A DNA stretch of 64,000 bases from an uncultured Lentibacter sp. (GCF_937123735.1 NZ_CAKZKL010000011.1:1833-65832); one strand, 5' to 3'; counted from the first letter of the stretch, positions 8,279-18,420 are shown. The notes: generated by a model not told the origin, from the letters alone. A program made the numbers and translations.

Positions 8279-10093
8279 TTATGCAATAAGATTAACGGTG
8301 CCGGCGTGATCTCCACCACGCAACGCCGATGCCGCAGCGGTTTCCCCACCGCGTTGAGAGCTTCTGTCTGAAGAAACGCTTGAGCTATGTTTTTGCTTGC
8401 CATTTTGTGGCTGCCCCTGCCCAGACGGCGGATGATGAAATCCCGACATCGACGCTGACATCGAGCTCAGACGAAAGCCCGCCGCATCCAACATTTGCGC
8501 CAATCTATCTTCAGCGCCAATCAACACGCGGGAAGCTGCGGTGGTTTCTGTAACGATGCGAACTTGTGTATCATCTCCGCGAAACTCCAGGCTCACGCTC
8601 ATATCTCCCAAGTTTTTTGGCCGTAGCGAAAAATCATAACGTGCCACGCCCTCGCTGTGCATCTTCTCAATATGCGCGACCAGTTTTTGCCCCCATTGGG
8701 CGTCGCGCATATTCAATGCAATCGCTGTTCTCAACACTTGCGTTTGGAGTTGCGCCAGAGGTTGATTTTGCGCCTGTGATGGCGCGCCGCGTTCCATTTG
8801 CCCAAGCTCGGGCTTGGCTGGAACGGCTGAAGCTGGCGCAGACTCGCTATTCGTGGTCGAAACTTCCTCGCCCTCAAAAGCCAGCTTGAGCACAAAACGC
8901 TCGGGCTGTTGCTCTGGCTGTAGCTCTGGCGAAGGCAACGAATGGTTGGTGTCCTTTGCGCCTGTCATATCTGGGGCTGCACTGGCAAGATCCGGCTGGC
9001 CAAGCGGCCCTTGGCCCAAGTAGCGGGCAAATTGCGACAGGGCCGGTTCTGGCTTGGCATTGTCTGTGGCGTCGGCATCTGCCAGCTTGACCAGGGGGGC
9101 TTTGGCGTCAGCAAGAATTGTCTCCTCAGCACGCACCTTTGAGCCTGAAGCCTTGTCGCTGCTCGCAAGTTTTGAGTGAGGTGCCACGAGCGGCGCGACC
9201 AAACGCGCTTCGTGCGATTGCTCTTCTGAGGGGGTGACCTCAAGCTCAGTGGTCGGTGCAGCCGGCACAGCGCCCGCAACCTTATCTCTTATCTTGTCCA
9301 CGGAAGCTTCATGTCGCAGACTGGTACCAATGGGTTCAGGTGTCGGCATTTGCGGGGGCGTGCTGTTGTCTGCCTTGAGCGAATGCGCATTGTGCATGGC
9401 ACTGCTGAGAGCAGCTTCAGCAGTCGCGGTAGAAAACGTCTTTGCGGGCGATGGAGCGAGCCGCGCGGATGTTGACGCTTGTGCCGAATTCGTGTGCTCC
9501 AGCACGTCTTGCTCCGGCGTCACAAAGCCGAGCGCCTTAGAATTTTGAACAGATAGGGTCTCTAGTTTGGGCCTTGAAGCAGTATCTACAACCGCAAATT
9601 TCTCGGTTCTTTTCTCACTATTGGAATCAGTCGATCCCAGGAGTGCGCCCTGCCCTGCGCCCACTGCGTCATCGCGAAACTGCACTGGAGGAGTATCATC
9701 AGCACTCAGCAATAGCGGACCAGTTTCTGGCGTAATAAGATCAAGACCTCGTTTAGCACCCGAGCTCACAGTTTCAGCGGCAGGCACAACAGCGGCAAGC
9801 GGTTCTGCTGGTGTTAATTTCACATCAACAATCTCAGAAGCCTCTGTGAGGTCTAACGCGTCCGCCTCACCAAAGGTGGCTTCTTGCCCTTGGGCCAAGA
9901 GTTGTTCAAACGTGTTCTGATGATCGCTTTGCTCATTCGCTTCGCCATCTTGATGTGAGGCAACGACATTTCTTGCAACACTGACATTTGGCGCGCCAAG
10001 TGTGGATTTCAGAGGCGGCATTTCCTCAAATGCAGTTTTTTGCCCCGCGTCCTTGGGAAGCGCAATATCTGCCGCTGATCCAACACTGTTCAT
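8279..10093 (-). CDS. fliK: flagellar hook-length control protein FliK
   Basis: A long Ala/Pro/Ser/Glu-rich disordered region, with a C-terminal Flg_hook-type domain (LRPKNLGDMSVSLEFRGDDTQVRIVTETTAASRVL). It sits after fliJ. Confidence 0.8.
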   Translation of the reverse strand: MNSVGSAADIALPKDAGQKTAFEEMPPLKSTLGAPNVSVARNVVASHQDGEANEQSDHQNTFEQLLAQGQEATFGEADALDLTEASEIVDVKLTPAEPLAAVVPAAETVSSGAKRGLDLITPETGPLLLSADDTPPVQFRDDAVGAGQGALLGSTDSNSEKRTEKFAVVDTASRPKLETLSVQNSKALGFVTPEQDVLEHTNSAQASTSARLAPSPAKTFSTATAEAALSSAMHNAHSLKADNSTPPQMPTPEPIGTSLRHEASVDKIRDKVAGAVPAAPTTELEVTPSEEQSHEARLVAPLVAPHSKLASSDKASGSKVRAEETILADAKAPLVKLADADATDNAKPEPALSQFARYLGQGPLGQPDLASAAPDMTGAKDTNHSLPSPELQPEQQPERFVLKLAFEGEEVSTTNSESAPASAVPAKPELGQMERGAPSQAQNQPLAQLQTQVLRTAIALNMRDAQWGQKLVAHIEKMHSEGVARYDFSLRPKNLGDMSVSLEFRGDDTQVRIVTETTAASRVLIGAEDRLAQMLDAAGFRLSSMSASMSGFHHPPSGQGQPQNGKQKHSSSVSSDRSSQRGGETAAASALRGGDHAGTVNLIA

Positions 10094-10132
10094 AACAAGC
10101 TTTCTTGGGTTTCAAAATTCGAACTTAATCTA

Positions 10133-10147
10133 GCAATAAAAATGCCA
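10133..10147 (-). promoter_or_regulatory. sigma54 promoter for fliKLMN
   Basis: The minus strand reads TGGCATTTTTATTGC(T), with correct GG-N10-GC spacing. It lies about 40 nt upstream of the fliK ATG. Confidence 0.75.
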
Positions 10148-10159
10148 ACCAACAAAAAT

Positions 10160-10573
10160 TCAAAAAGAAACTTTTCGTGTTGGTGCCAATTGCTCGGCGA
10201 CTTTTTCTGCCTCTTTTATAAAGTCTTGATGTTCGGCATGGGCTTTTTCACCCAATAATTGCTCTCGCTGTTTGGAATGCGCAAGTCTTGTTTGCGCAGT
10301 TACTATTTCTATGTCCAAGAATTCCAGACGGTTTTTGGCAAACTCTTTTTGCTCCGCCATTTCACGACCGTAATGCGCGCGCGACCGCAAGGCTTGCACT
10401 GTTTGAGGGCCGGCCTTGTGCTCGTTTTCCGTCAACAAATTTGCCAGTTTTTCATTTAACTCTGCAAGCTTAGCTTGATCTGTCAAAAGCCCGTCGAGCG
10501 CATGTGCCTTTTGTCGCAACAAGAGCTTCTCTTTTTTCATCATCAGAGTATAAAGGCGCGATTTTTTGGACAT
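10160..10573 (-). CDS. fliJ: flagellar export chaperone/stalk protein FliJ
   Basis: A 137-aa all-coiled-coil protein immediately after fliI. Confidence 0.75.
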   Translation of the reverse strand: MSKKSRLYTLMMKKEKLLLRQKAHALDGLLTDQAKLAELNEKLANLLTENEHKAGPQTVQALRSRAHYGREMAEQKEFAKNRLEFLDIEIVTAQTRLAHSKQREQLLGEKAHAEHQDFIKEAEKVAEQLAPTRKVSF

Positions 10574-10575
10574 AA

Positions 10576-11907
10576 TCAGTCAGCTATGAGTTCCAACAAA
10601 CTTTGTGCGCTCATATCAAACGATGCCGCATCATGCGCAGGCTGCTTGATAAACGCCGTAATTTGAGGCCAAAGGGCTATTGCGAGATCGAGCTCGGGAT
10701 CCTGACCGGCCGCATACCCTCCCATCAACATCAAATCTCTGTTTTCCATATATACTGATACCAACCTTTTGAATTTCACTGCCGCCGCCTGATGCGGGCT
10801 CGAAACAATATCATTCATGACACGGCTGACAGATGCGGTAAGATCAACTGCCGGGTAAATTCCCAATTGGGTTTGCTTGCGTGACAAAACAATATGACCA
10901 TCCAGAATAGCCCGCGCCGTATCAACCACCGGATCATTTGTGGTATCGTCGCCATCGGCAAGAACAGTATAAATAGAGGTAATTGCCCCCTCCCCTTTTG
11001 TTCCTGTTCCTGACCGTTCCACAAGGTTGGGGATCATCGAAATGACAGATGGCGGATAACCTTTGGCAGTGGGTTGCTCGCCCAGTGCCAATCCAACTTC
11101 TCGTTTGGCGTGAGCAACGCGTGTCAAGGAGTCCATAATCAACAACACATCCTTGCCCTGCGCACGGAAATATTCGGCAATCGCAGTTGCTCTGTTTGCT
11201 CCGCGAATGCGCAGGAGTGCCGCCCGATCTGCTGGAACGGCAACAACACAAATTTTGTGTCGCGCCTCAAGAGTCATGGAACGTTCGACAAAGTCGCCAA
11301 CTTCGCGCCCACGTTCCCCTATCAGGCCAACGACAATAACATCCGCCGTTGAAAAGCGTGTCATCATTGACAACAGAACAGATTTCCCAACACCCGAGCC
11401 AGCGACAATCCCAACCCTTTGACCACGACCAATGCTGAGCAACGCGTTCACCGCGCGGACACCGACATCCAATGGCTTGGAAATCGGACGACGCTCAAGC
11501 GGGTTCACTGGCTTGCCATGCAAGGGCCACTCCTGATCCAGCGTGAGTGCCCCCCGACCGTCAAGCGGATTGCCTTGCGCATCAATCACGCGTCCAAGCA
11601 ACGCCTCTCCAACAGCGATGTTCCTTCCCGGATTTTCAACAGTGACCCGCGCGCCCACTTCAATATCCGCGTTCTGATCATAGAGAAATGCGAGGTTTCT
11701 TCCGTCACGAAACCCGATGATTTCTGCTTCCACAGTGCCTCCATCGGGGAGATAAACATGACAAATCGAGCCGACGGACACTGGAAATCCGTCGCACTCA
11801 ATCACCTGGCCATCAAACCGTGTCACATGCCCGGAGGCCTGCAAGACAGGCGGCTTGCCCATTTGCCGGATCAATGCATGTAAAGGCTCTATAACGCTCG
11901 CGCTCAT
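10576..11907 (-). CDS. fliI: flagellum-specific ATPase FliI
   Basis: Walker A (GSGVGKS) is present, with F1/T3SS-ATPase-like sequence throughout. Confidence 0.97.
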   Translation of the reverse strand: MSASVIEPLHALIRQMGKPPVLQASGHVTRFDGQVIECDGFPVSVGSICHVYLPDGGTVEAEIIGFRDGRNLAFLYDQNADIEVGARVTVENPGRNIAVGEALLGRVIDAQGNPLDGRGALTLDQEWPLHGKPVNPLERRPISKPLDVGVRAVNALLSIGRGQRVGIVAGSGVGKSVLLSMMTRFSTADVIVVGLIGERGREVGDFVERSMTLEARHKICVVAVPADRAALLRIRGANRATAIAEYFRAQGKDVLLIMDSLTRVAHAKREVGLALGEQPTAKGYPPSVISMIPNLVERSGTGTKGEGAITSIYTVLADGDDTTNDPVVDTARAILDGHIVLSRKQTQLGIYPAVDLTASVSRVMNDIVSSPHQAAAVKFKRLVSVYMENRDLMLMGGYAAGQDPELDLAIALWPQITAFIKQPAHDAASFDMSAQSLLELIAD

Positions 11908-13010
11908 TGCTCGTCATCACCATTGATATTGGACAAATCCGGGGCGGCCTCTAGATTCTGCTCGGCGGAGGACAGGCTATCAACGTTGTTTTCCTCCTCG
12001 GATGGTTCCTCCGCCAAGCTCAAATCGTGCATCTGTTCTTGGGGCTCGGGCTGCTCAGCGATCTCGGCGGCTGAAACAAGCGGAATATATTCCACGCGCG
12101 TCGTTTTTGGTTCAATTCGTGGCAAGACATCCGTCAGGCGTATGCCTTCCAGGGCAATGTCAATATCTCCCCGCTGCAACTCGGCGTTTGGAACAAGGCG
12201 CAAGCCCAACAGGTTTTCTGACTCTTCCAAGATCGGTTTCAGAACCAGTAGATCATTGGGATGAAGGCGCACCACCGGATGAGATACCGAGGCATGAACG
12301 CGCTCTGCCAAGGTTTCAATACGGGCCAGAAACAGCTCGGGCAACGCATCTATCTCAACCCCAGCCCGAGCGGTGGCCAAGCTGATCACACTTGCTTCAA
12401 TCGTCTGGGCCAAAGTTTCACTGGCGCTATGAGCGCTTGCTTCAAAAGCCCCAACAGTCTGCTCCAGGAGCGAAAGCGCTTGTGCCATCATGGCCTCCAC
12501 TTCGTCTCTGGCTTGTTGTTGCCCATCCGCGAGACCCGCCTCATAAGCTTGCTGAAGAGCAGCCTCAGAGACGCTCGAGCTAGGTGACTCGCGTTCTTGC
12601 TCCAAAGGCTCTTCATCTGCTTGCATCGCCACGGGCTCTTGCGCGACCGCATCTTCTGGCGCGTCCTCATAGGGCGGTTCGGGCGCAAGATCTGTTGGTT
12701 CTGGAGCCTCCGAACTGGCCGCAATTTCGGCTTCAGGTTCCGGCGAAGTCGGCTCCGGTGCCACTATAGGAGCGGGTTCCTTTTGGGCGGCTTCTTCTGC
12801 CATGCGCGCTGTTGCTTCACGCGCCAAATCAAGCAAGCTCTTGGGCTGGAAGGGGCTTTTCTCACGGCGAGAAGCCTCTTCATCTTTTTTGAAGACCTCC
12901 GCATCCATGGTGTTGATGAACTGCGTTATCTCAGACTGTTTCAAAGGCACGCCAGAAACGACATCCTCAGAGCGCAAGAAGCCCGTATGTGGCACAAACT
13001 CTTGGGTCAT
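11904..13010 (-). CDS. fliH: flagellar assembly protein FliH (expanded, acidic/Pro-rich)
   Basis: It sits between fliG and fliI with ATGA overlaps on both sides. The central helical region and C-terminal domain are FliH-like. Both termini carry long low-complexity extensions. Confidence 0.75.
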   Translation of the reverse strand: MTQEFVPHTGFLRSEDVVSGVPLKQSEITQFINTMDAEVFKKDEEASRREKSPFQPKSLLDLAREATARMAEEAAQKEPAPIVAPEPTSPEPEAEIAASSEAPEPTDLAPEPPYEDAPEDAVAQEPVAMQADEEPLEQERESPSSSVSEAALQQAYEAGLADGQQQARDEVEAMMAQALSLLEQTVGAFEASAHSASETLAQTIEASVISLATARAGVEIDALPELFLARIETLAERVHASVSHPVVRLHPNDLLVLKPILEESENLLGLRLVPNAELQRGDIDIALEGIRLTDVLPRIEPKTTRVEYIPLVSAAEIAEQPEPQEQMHDLSLAEEPSEEENNVDSLSSAEQNLEAAPDLSNINGDDEQ

Positions 13011-14047
13011 ACCATTTCGTCTCCGCCACGGCCGGCAAGAACAATCGTCCCATCATCCGACATCTTGCGAGCAACCGAAATAATCTGTTTTTGCGCTTCT
13101 TGAACGTCCGTGAGGCGGACAGGCCCAAGCGCCTCCATCTCATCCTTAATGTTCGAAGCGGCCCGCGTTGACATACAACCAAAGAGCTTGTCACGCAGCC
13201 CTTCGTCAGCCCCCTTGAGCGCAAGCACCAAGGCTTCCGTATCAATAGAGCGCAACAATGTCTGAAGAGACCGGTCGTCAGACATCACAAGGTTATCAAA
13301 GACAAACATATTGTCCTGGATGGCCTGCATGAGATCTTTGCTATCTTTCTTGATGTCCTTCATGATGCGCTGCTCCATGGCCGTCTTCGTGAAGTTCATG
13401 ATTTTGGCCGCTGCCTTCACGCCGCCAATTTGCGATGCGCGCAAGGTGGTGTTCGCTTGGAACTTTTGCTGCATCACACGCTCCAGCTCACGCACAGCAT
13501 CAGGCTGAACCGTTTCCAGCGTCGCAATGCGACGGACCACCTCTGGCTGAAGATCTGGCGGCAAAAGGCCCAAAACGTCGGCCGCGAGCCCGTAATCAAG
13601 ATACGAGACAATCAACGCAACAATTTGAGGGTGCTCATCGATGATCAATTCAGCGATGGCGCGCGCGTCCATCCAATCAAGAATTTCAATCGGGCGTTCT
13701 GATGAGGCCGGTGTGATACGGCTGAGGACGGATTGAGCCTTATCTCCCCCAAGTGCTTTGGTAAGGACGTTGCGGATGTAGTTGCCCGCCCCCAAGCCAA
13801 GGCTGGTTTGCTGTTTGATGATTGCCAAAAACTCGTCCAACACAGAGTTAACGGTGTCCTGGTCAACGCCTTGAACAGAATACATCGCGCCGCCCAAATG
13901 CTGCACTTCGCGCGGAGACAGGTTTTTCAATATCTCTGCTGCCTCATCCTCGCCCAAGAGCATCATCAATATTGCCGATTTTTGTGTCCCCGTGAGGGTA
14001 TCAAACAGGCTTTCTTCTTCGTTTTGAACGGCCGTTGCATCAGACAT
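13007..14047 (-). CDS. fliG: flagellar motor switch protein FliG
   Basis: Typical FliG sequence, including the C-terminal torque-helix region (LRDKLFGCMSTRAASNIKDEMEALGPVRLTDVQEAQ). Confidence 0.95.
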   Translation of the reverse strand: MSDATAVQNEEESLFDTLTGTQKSAILMMLLGEDEAAEILKNLSPREVQHLGGAMYSVQGVDQDTVNSVLDEFLAIIKQQTSLGLGAGNYIRNVLTKALGGDKAQSVLSRITPASSERPIEILDWMDARAIAELIIDEHPQIVALIVSYLDYGLAADVLGLLPPDLQPEVVRRIATLETVQPDAVRELERVMQQKFQANTTLRASQIGGVKAAAKIMNFTKTAMEQRIMKDIKKDSKDLMQAIQDNMFVFDNLVMSDDRSLQTLLRSIDTEALVLALKGADEGLRDKLFGCMSTRAASNIKDEMEALGPVRLTDVQEAQKQIISVARKMSDDGTIVLAGRGGDEMV

Positions 14048-14072
14048 AATTAATCCTCATCAGAGTTTAGGG

Positions 14073-15815
14073 TTAACCCAAAACATCCATTTCCTTTTTC
14101 ATCATCTGCTTGAATACATTCGAAACACGCCCCGCTTCATCGGATACGATCATCCGAATAATCGCAACTTTGTCATCATAGGTATTGGCGGTGTCGAGCA
14201 TTTCCATGGATATGTTGGCCTTTTTAGGCTTCAGCTTCGCTTTGATATCCTCCAAGGTTTCACCGGCGTTGACTTCGACGGACTCAAGCGCCGCTGCATC
14301 TTCGTCAGAAAGACCGCCACGCGCGACCATCTCTCCTCCAGCAGGGACCAGAAGGCGGTTCAGCAGAGGCCGGATCACGCCCAAGGAAACCACTGCAAGC
14401 ATCAAAATCATGCCCACCTGCTTGGCCAAACCCTCAACCCACTCAGCCTCATACCAATCAACTTCAATCCCCTCCAGTTCCTCGATGAAGGGTTGTGATT
14501 TAACGGTGAGAACGTCTCCGCGATCCGCTTGCAAACCGATCGCACTCGCCACCAAGTTCTCAATATCGGCAAGAACACTGGCATCAACAGGCCGCACAAC
14601 CATTTCACCAGTTTCCGGATCTTTGACTTTTTGATCCCGCACCAGCAACGCCGCATTGATACGGACAATGGTGTTTGTTGGCTGCTGGGTGGTCTGAACC
14701 TTGCGGCTAACTTCGTAATTTCGAACCTGGCTTGAGGACTCACTTTGCACGCCGTTTTTGTCGCTCATGCCAGCAGCCTGCGAACCATCGGTAATCAGCT
14801 CCGCTTCGGTGGGGGCCGTGTTGGACAATGCACCGGGGATTCCGATGGCTGCGCTTTTTGATGTTACATCCAATGTGCTTTGCTCGCTACGCAACGCATT
14901 TCCCTCAGGATCGACGCTTTCCTCAGTCACTTCACGCCGCGTAAAATCAAAATCGATGTTCACGCGCGCAGTTGCGTTGCCAGGCCCAACAATGGGTGTG
15001 ACGAGGCTTTCGATGCGCGAGCGGTAGATGTTTTCTAGGCGCATACGATACTGCAGCTGGTTGTCTGTCAAAATCGAAGACGGATCATCAGGCGCCTTAG
15101 ATAAGAGGCGTCCACTTTGATCAACAACAGTGACGTTGTCTTTTGCCAGGCTCGGAACGGAAGCAGCTACCAGGTTGATGATTGCAGCCACTTGGTTCTC
15201 ATCCATTGCGCGTCCACGGTCCAACTGCAAAAACACGGACGCCGTGGGCGGCATTTGTTCGCGCACAAAGACAGATTTTTCAGGCAATGCCAAATGAACC
15301 CGAGCCGAGCGCACCGCAGAAATCTCAGTGATGGAACGCGCCAGCTCGACTTCCTGCGCTTGCTTGAGACGCATGGTCTCGACCGAGCGAGATGTTCCCA
15401 TCGGGATATTTCCCAAAGTATCATAGCCGTCCGGCACAGACTGTGGAAGACCGAGTGCCGCCAGCTGTATCCGCGAGCTGTGATAATCCGCTGCAGGAAC
15501 CATCACTTCCCCCGTTGTCGGGTCAAGCGTGACATCCACACCGGCGTTCGTGAGTGCGTCGACAATGCGTGACTTCTCGGCTTCAGGGAGAGATGCATAA
15601 AGCGTCGTGCGTTCAGGTTTTTGCATTATTGCAAAAACAATCAGGCAAATTGCGATTGCCAAAACAGCAATCAAAGTCGGAAAGGCCCGCTGAAAGCTGG
15701 GTTGCTGGGTCACATTCCGAATTGTAGCAAGCATATTTCCTGAGGCAGGCACCAAACTGTTCCCGCCAGAATTTACTGCTGTCGTCCTATCGAGAGTTTG
15801 TGTGTTCGTGGCCAT
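14073..15815 (-). CDS. fliF: flagellar MS-ring protein FliF
   Basis: A 580-aa protein with two TM segments flanking a large periplasmic region that has typical FliF motifs. Confidence 0.95.
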   Translation of the reverse strand: MATNTQTLDRTTAVNSGGNSLVPASGNMLATIRNVTQQPSFQRAFPTLIAVLAIAICLIVFAIMQKPERTTLYASLPEAEKSRIVDALTNAGVDVTLDPTTGEVMVPAADYHSSRIQLAALGLPQSVPDGYDTLGNIPMGTSRSVETMRLKQAQEVELARSITEISAVRSARVHLALPEKSVFVREQMPPTASVFLQLDRGRAMDENQVAAIINLVAASVPSLAKDNVTVVDQSGRLLSKAPDDPSSILTDNQLQYRMRLENIYRSRIESLVTPIVGPGNATARVNIDFDFTRREVTEESVDPEGNALRSEQSTLDVTSKSAAIGIPGALSNTAPTEAELITDGSQAAGMSDKNGVQSESSSQVRNYEVSRKVQTTQQPTNTIVRINAALLVRDQKVKDPETGEMVVRPVDASVLADIENLVASAIGLQADRGDVLTVKSQPFIEELEGIEVDWYEAEWVEGLAKQVGMILMLAVVSLGVIRPLLNRLLVPAGGEMVARGGLSDEDAAALESVEVNAGETLEDIKAKLKPKKANISMEMLDTANTYDDKVAIIRMIVSDEAGRVSNVFKQMMKKEMDVLG

Positions 15816-15857
15816 ATCGCAACGCGTCCTTATTTACATTCACCGCAAGAGAACAAC

Positions 15858-16172
15858 TCAAACGGGCATGTTCATGATATCCTTGTAGGCGCTCAAAGCC
15901 TTATTTCTAACATTGAGAGTAAGCTGAAAACCCAGTGAGGAAACCTGTTGGCTCACCATGACCTTTGACAAATCCTGCTCAAGGCCAAGCTCGAAATCTC
16001 GCGCAAGCTTTGATGCTTCACCCTGAGCTGAAGCAACATCTTGCAACCCGTCTGAGAGCCTTTCTGAGAAGCTCGGGCCAGCTTGTTCTGTGCCTAGCGT
16101 CTCATGAGCCTTTTTCAGGCTTTGCAGATGGGTCTGGTCAACTTGATACTTCAATCCGCCAATTTGTGTCAT
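15858..16172 (-). CDS. fliE: flagellar hook-basal body protein FliE
   Basis: A 104-aa protein whose C-terminus (QQVSSLGFQLTLNVRNKALSAYKDIMNMPV) is typical of FliE. Confidence 0.9.
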   Translation of the reverse strand: MTQIGGLKYQVDQTHLQSLKKAHETLGTEQAGPSFSERLSDGLQDVASAQGEASKLARDFELGLEQDLSKVMVSQQVSSLGFQLTLNVRNKALSAYKDIMNMPV

Positions 16173-16185
16173 CGCTCTAACCCCC

Positions 16186-17340
16186 TCAACTGCTCAAGCG
16201 GCTCAGCGCCGGATGTGGGTTTGTCGGGCTGGGCATGACATGGGGAATTCGTGCGCCATCAATGATGATGTCTTCTGCTTGAATCATCCCATCAACTTGC
16301 AAAACAAGAGCGCGTTGGATCACGTTTTCAAGCTCTCTGACGTTCCCGGGCCATTCATGGCTGATTAGCAAAGAGCGCGCCTCAGCTGTTATCCAAGGAA
16401 TTGCTTCAATCGACGAGGCATGCTTACGCAAGAGCCCAATAGCGAGTGGCAAAATATCAAGCGGGCGCGCGCTCAAAGCTTGCGTGCTCATTGGGAAGAC
16501 GTTCAAACGATAAAAGAGATCTTCACGGAAGCGGTTTTCCTGAATTTCAAGCCGCATATCGCGGTTGGTTGTCGCTAAGACGCGCACATCAACTTCAATC
16601 TCCGCCTGTGCACCAAGCGGCGTCACCTTCCGTTCTTGTAAAACCCTTAATAACTTGGATTGCAAACCAAGGGGCATTTCCGAAATTTCGTCGAGCAAAA
16701 GGGTGCCTCTGTCAGCAGCCCTGAAAATGCCTTTGTTGGCAACAGACGCACCTGTGAACGCCCCTTTCTCGTGGCCAAAAAGCACCGCTTCCAGCATGTT
16801 TTCAGGGATAGCCGCACAGTTGATAGCAACAAAAGGTGCTTCGGCCCGATCAGACCGATCATGGATATAGCGCGCAAGAACCTCTTTCCCCGTCCCGGTT
16901 GGTCCGTTCACAAATACAGTGACGTCAGAGGTTGCGACACGGCTGGCCAAAGATAACATTTGCGAGGTCGCTGGATCAGCGGCTACCATCTTTGAGATAT
17001 CCGCAGCCAGTATCTCGGCTGCAACGGTGAGCTCGAAACCCTCATCTTCAGGTAAGCTCACGCGCAACAGCTTGCCTCCAAGTGAACTTACAATGGAAAA
17101 CTTGTCTGCACCAAATTTGAAAACAACGACACACTTTGGTTTTTGAGCTCGCGCAATGTTCAGAAGCGCTTGCTGCCCTCCGAGTACCTCTTCATAATCT
17201 GCTGAATATGCCCAAACAGCCCCAACAGAACCTTCAGCTGGAGCCTTTACGACCTCAGCGCTAATTTTCCGAATAGCCACACTGGCACATAACCTTTCGG
17301 CCTGTGGGAATTTGGCAGCTTCAATCAAAATAGAAGTCAT
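16186..17340 (-). CDS. fleT: sigma54-dependent activator lacking a DNA-binding domain (FleT-like)
   Basis: An AAA+ sigma54-interaction domain is present (VNGPTGTGKE, GAFTGA, NVRELEN). It follows a ~135-aa N-terminal domain. The protein ends about 45 aa after NVRELEN with no HTH. It is the first gene of the fliE-J operon, which as I recall matches R. sphaeroides fleT. Confidence 0.8.
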   Translation of the reverse strand: MTSILIEAAKFPQAERLCASVAIRKISAEVVKAPAEGSVGAVWAYSADYEEVLGGQQALLNIARAQKPKCVVVFKFGADKFSIVSSLGGKLLRVSLPEDEGFELTVAAEILAADISKMVAADPATSQMLSLASRVATSDVTVFVNGPTGTGKEVLARYIHDRSDRAEAPFVAINCAAIPENMLEAVLFGHEKGAFTGASVANKGIFRAADRGTLLLDEISEMPLGLQSKLLRVLQERKVTPLGAQAEIEVDVRVLATTNRDMRLEIQENRFREDLFYRLNVFPMSTQALSARPLDILPLAIGLLRKHASSIEAIPWITAEARSLLISHEWPGNVRELENVIQRALVLQVDGMIQAEDIIIDGARIPHVMPSPTNPHPALSRLSS

Positions 17341-17371
17341 AGCGCGTCTCCGAATTTCTCAGAACCAAAAG

Positions 17372-17386
17372 GCAATAACCGAGCCA
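17372..17386 (-). promoter_or_regulatory. sigma54 promoter for fleT-fliEFGHIJ
   Basis: The minus strand reads TGGCTCGGTTATTGC(C), with correct GG-N10-GC spacing. It lies about 32 nt upstream of the fleT ATG. Confidence 0.7.
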
Positions 17387-17564
17387 ACTTCCGGAGAACG
17401 CAAAATTATTCTCAAATATTTAACTCAAACATATGAAATAAATGCACAAAAACTGGATCAGTTCAGAAACAAGCTCAAAGCTTAATCAAAAAATTCTAAT
17501 GTCAAAAAGTCGTCAAATCAGAATTTTCCACTTAGCCAGCCTTTCAAAAAAATGACACTGCGCC

Positions 17565-17591
17565 TAAAAATGCTAAAACAAAGGTCGTTGC
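17565..17591 (+). promoter_or_regulatory. candidate sigma28 (FliA) promoter for the fliL paralogue
   Basis: Reads TAAA-N15-GTCGTTGC. It shares the GWCGTT core with three other candidates in this window and ends about 22 nt before the ATG at 17614. Confidence 0.35.
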
Positions 17592-17613
17592 TCTATTGGG
17601 GAGAATAATATCA

Positions 17614-18156
17614 ATGCGCGCGCCAATAAAACTTGCAGCTCTATACGGCCTCCCGGCCGCGCTCACAATTGGCGCATTTTCCATCGGCCATTTAAGCATT
17701 AGCCCTGAGACAAGCCCCCTGAACCCGCCGAATGTCGAGGCAATCAACGAAGCAGCCTCTGAGCAAGACGCAGAAGAGCCCTCAGTAGATGACACTGAAT
17801 TGGCAGAAGGCAACATACTTTCAGAGCCAGACTTTCAATACTACCCTTATCCTTCGACCGTTATTGGCAATATTCCTGGTAGCAACAAGTTATTCAGTTT
17901 TGAAATAGCGGTTTCCATATTTGAAACCCCTCTGAGCGCAAGCAACTTAATGTCCGCTCTGGAAGAACGAGAACCTCAGCTACGCCCTGTAATCCTCGAT
18001 CAAACTGTTGATCTAACAGAAGAGGCATTGCTCTCCAAAGAAGGACGGAGCAACCTGGCTGAACTTATAAAGGCTTCAATAAACAACTCACTCATCCGCT
18101 GGGGGTATGAACCGTTCATTCACTCTGTGGAAATAACATCCTTTATCGTCACCTAA
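17614..18156 (+). CDS. FliL-family protein (second paralogue)
   Basis: An N-terminal TM helix and a C-terminal region (KLFSFEIAVSIFE...EGRSNLAELIKASINNSL...VEITSFIVT) that resembles the FliL domain. The ATG has a GGGGAGA RBS. The track ORF starts at an upstream TTG. Confidence 0.6.
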   Translation: MRAPIKLAALYGLPAALTIGAFSIGHLSISPETSPLNPPNVEAINEAASEQDAEEPSVDDTELAEGNILSEPDFQYYPYPSTVIGNIPGSNKLFSFEIAVSIFETPLSASNLMSALEEREPQLRPVILDQTVDLTEEALLSKEGRSNLAELIKASINNSLIRWGYEPFIHSVEITSFIVT

Positions 18157-18181
18157 CTCTTAAGGGCAAAAATCTGCCCCT

Positions 18182-18197
18182 TGGCACTAAAATTGCA
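18182..18197 (+). promoter_or_regulatory. sigma54 promoter
   Basis: TGGCACTAAAATTGCA matches the consensus exactly. It lies 34 nt upstream of a 56-codon ORF and upstream of fliS. Confidence 0.75.
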
Positions 18198-18230
18198 GCT
18201 GTTTGGCAGGAAGCAAGGTTAGGGTCAGCA

Positions 18231-18401
18231 ATGGAATTATTCAAAAACTTTACGCAGCGTGAAAGACAAACAGACGCTCAAATGAGCCAATTGAACGTCT
18301 ACGTTGAAATTTGTCACTTTGACGAAGCAGGACACGAACAGGTCAAACTGACCGTTCCACTTGCCGAGTACTCAGCTGACAGGGAAGCTTTGAAAAGATA
18401 A
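18231..18401 (+). CDS. small hypothetical protein, 56 aa (below the ORF-track cutoff)
   Basis: My own translation: MELFKNFTQRERQTDAQMSQLNVYVEICHFDEAGHEQVKLTVPLAEYSADREALKR. It lies directly downstream of a consensus sigma54 promoter. The RBS is weak. Confidence 0.3.
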   Translation: MELFKNFTQRERQTDAQMSQLNVYVEICHFDEAGHEQVKLTVPLAEYSADREALKR

Positions 18402-18420
18402 CTTTTGCTGTGCAAATAAC

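Noticed and set aside
10181-10193. TGGTGCCAATTGC inside the 3' end of fliJ, which looks like a -24/-12 promoter.
   Set aside because: The spacing between GG and GC is two nucleotides too short. It is also on the plus strand, pointing into antisense coding sequence.
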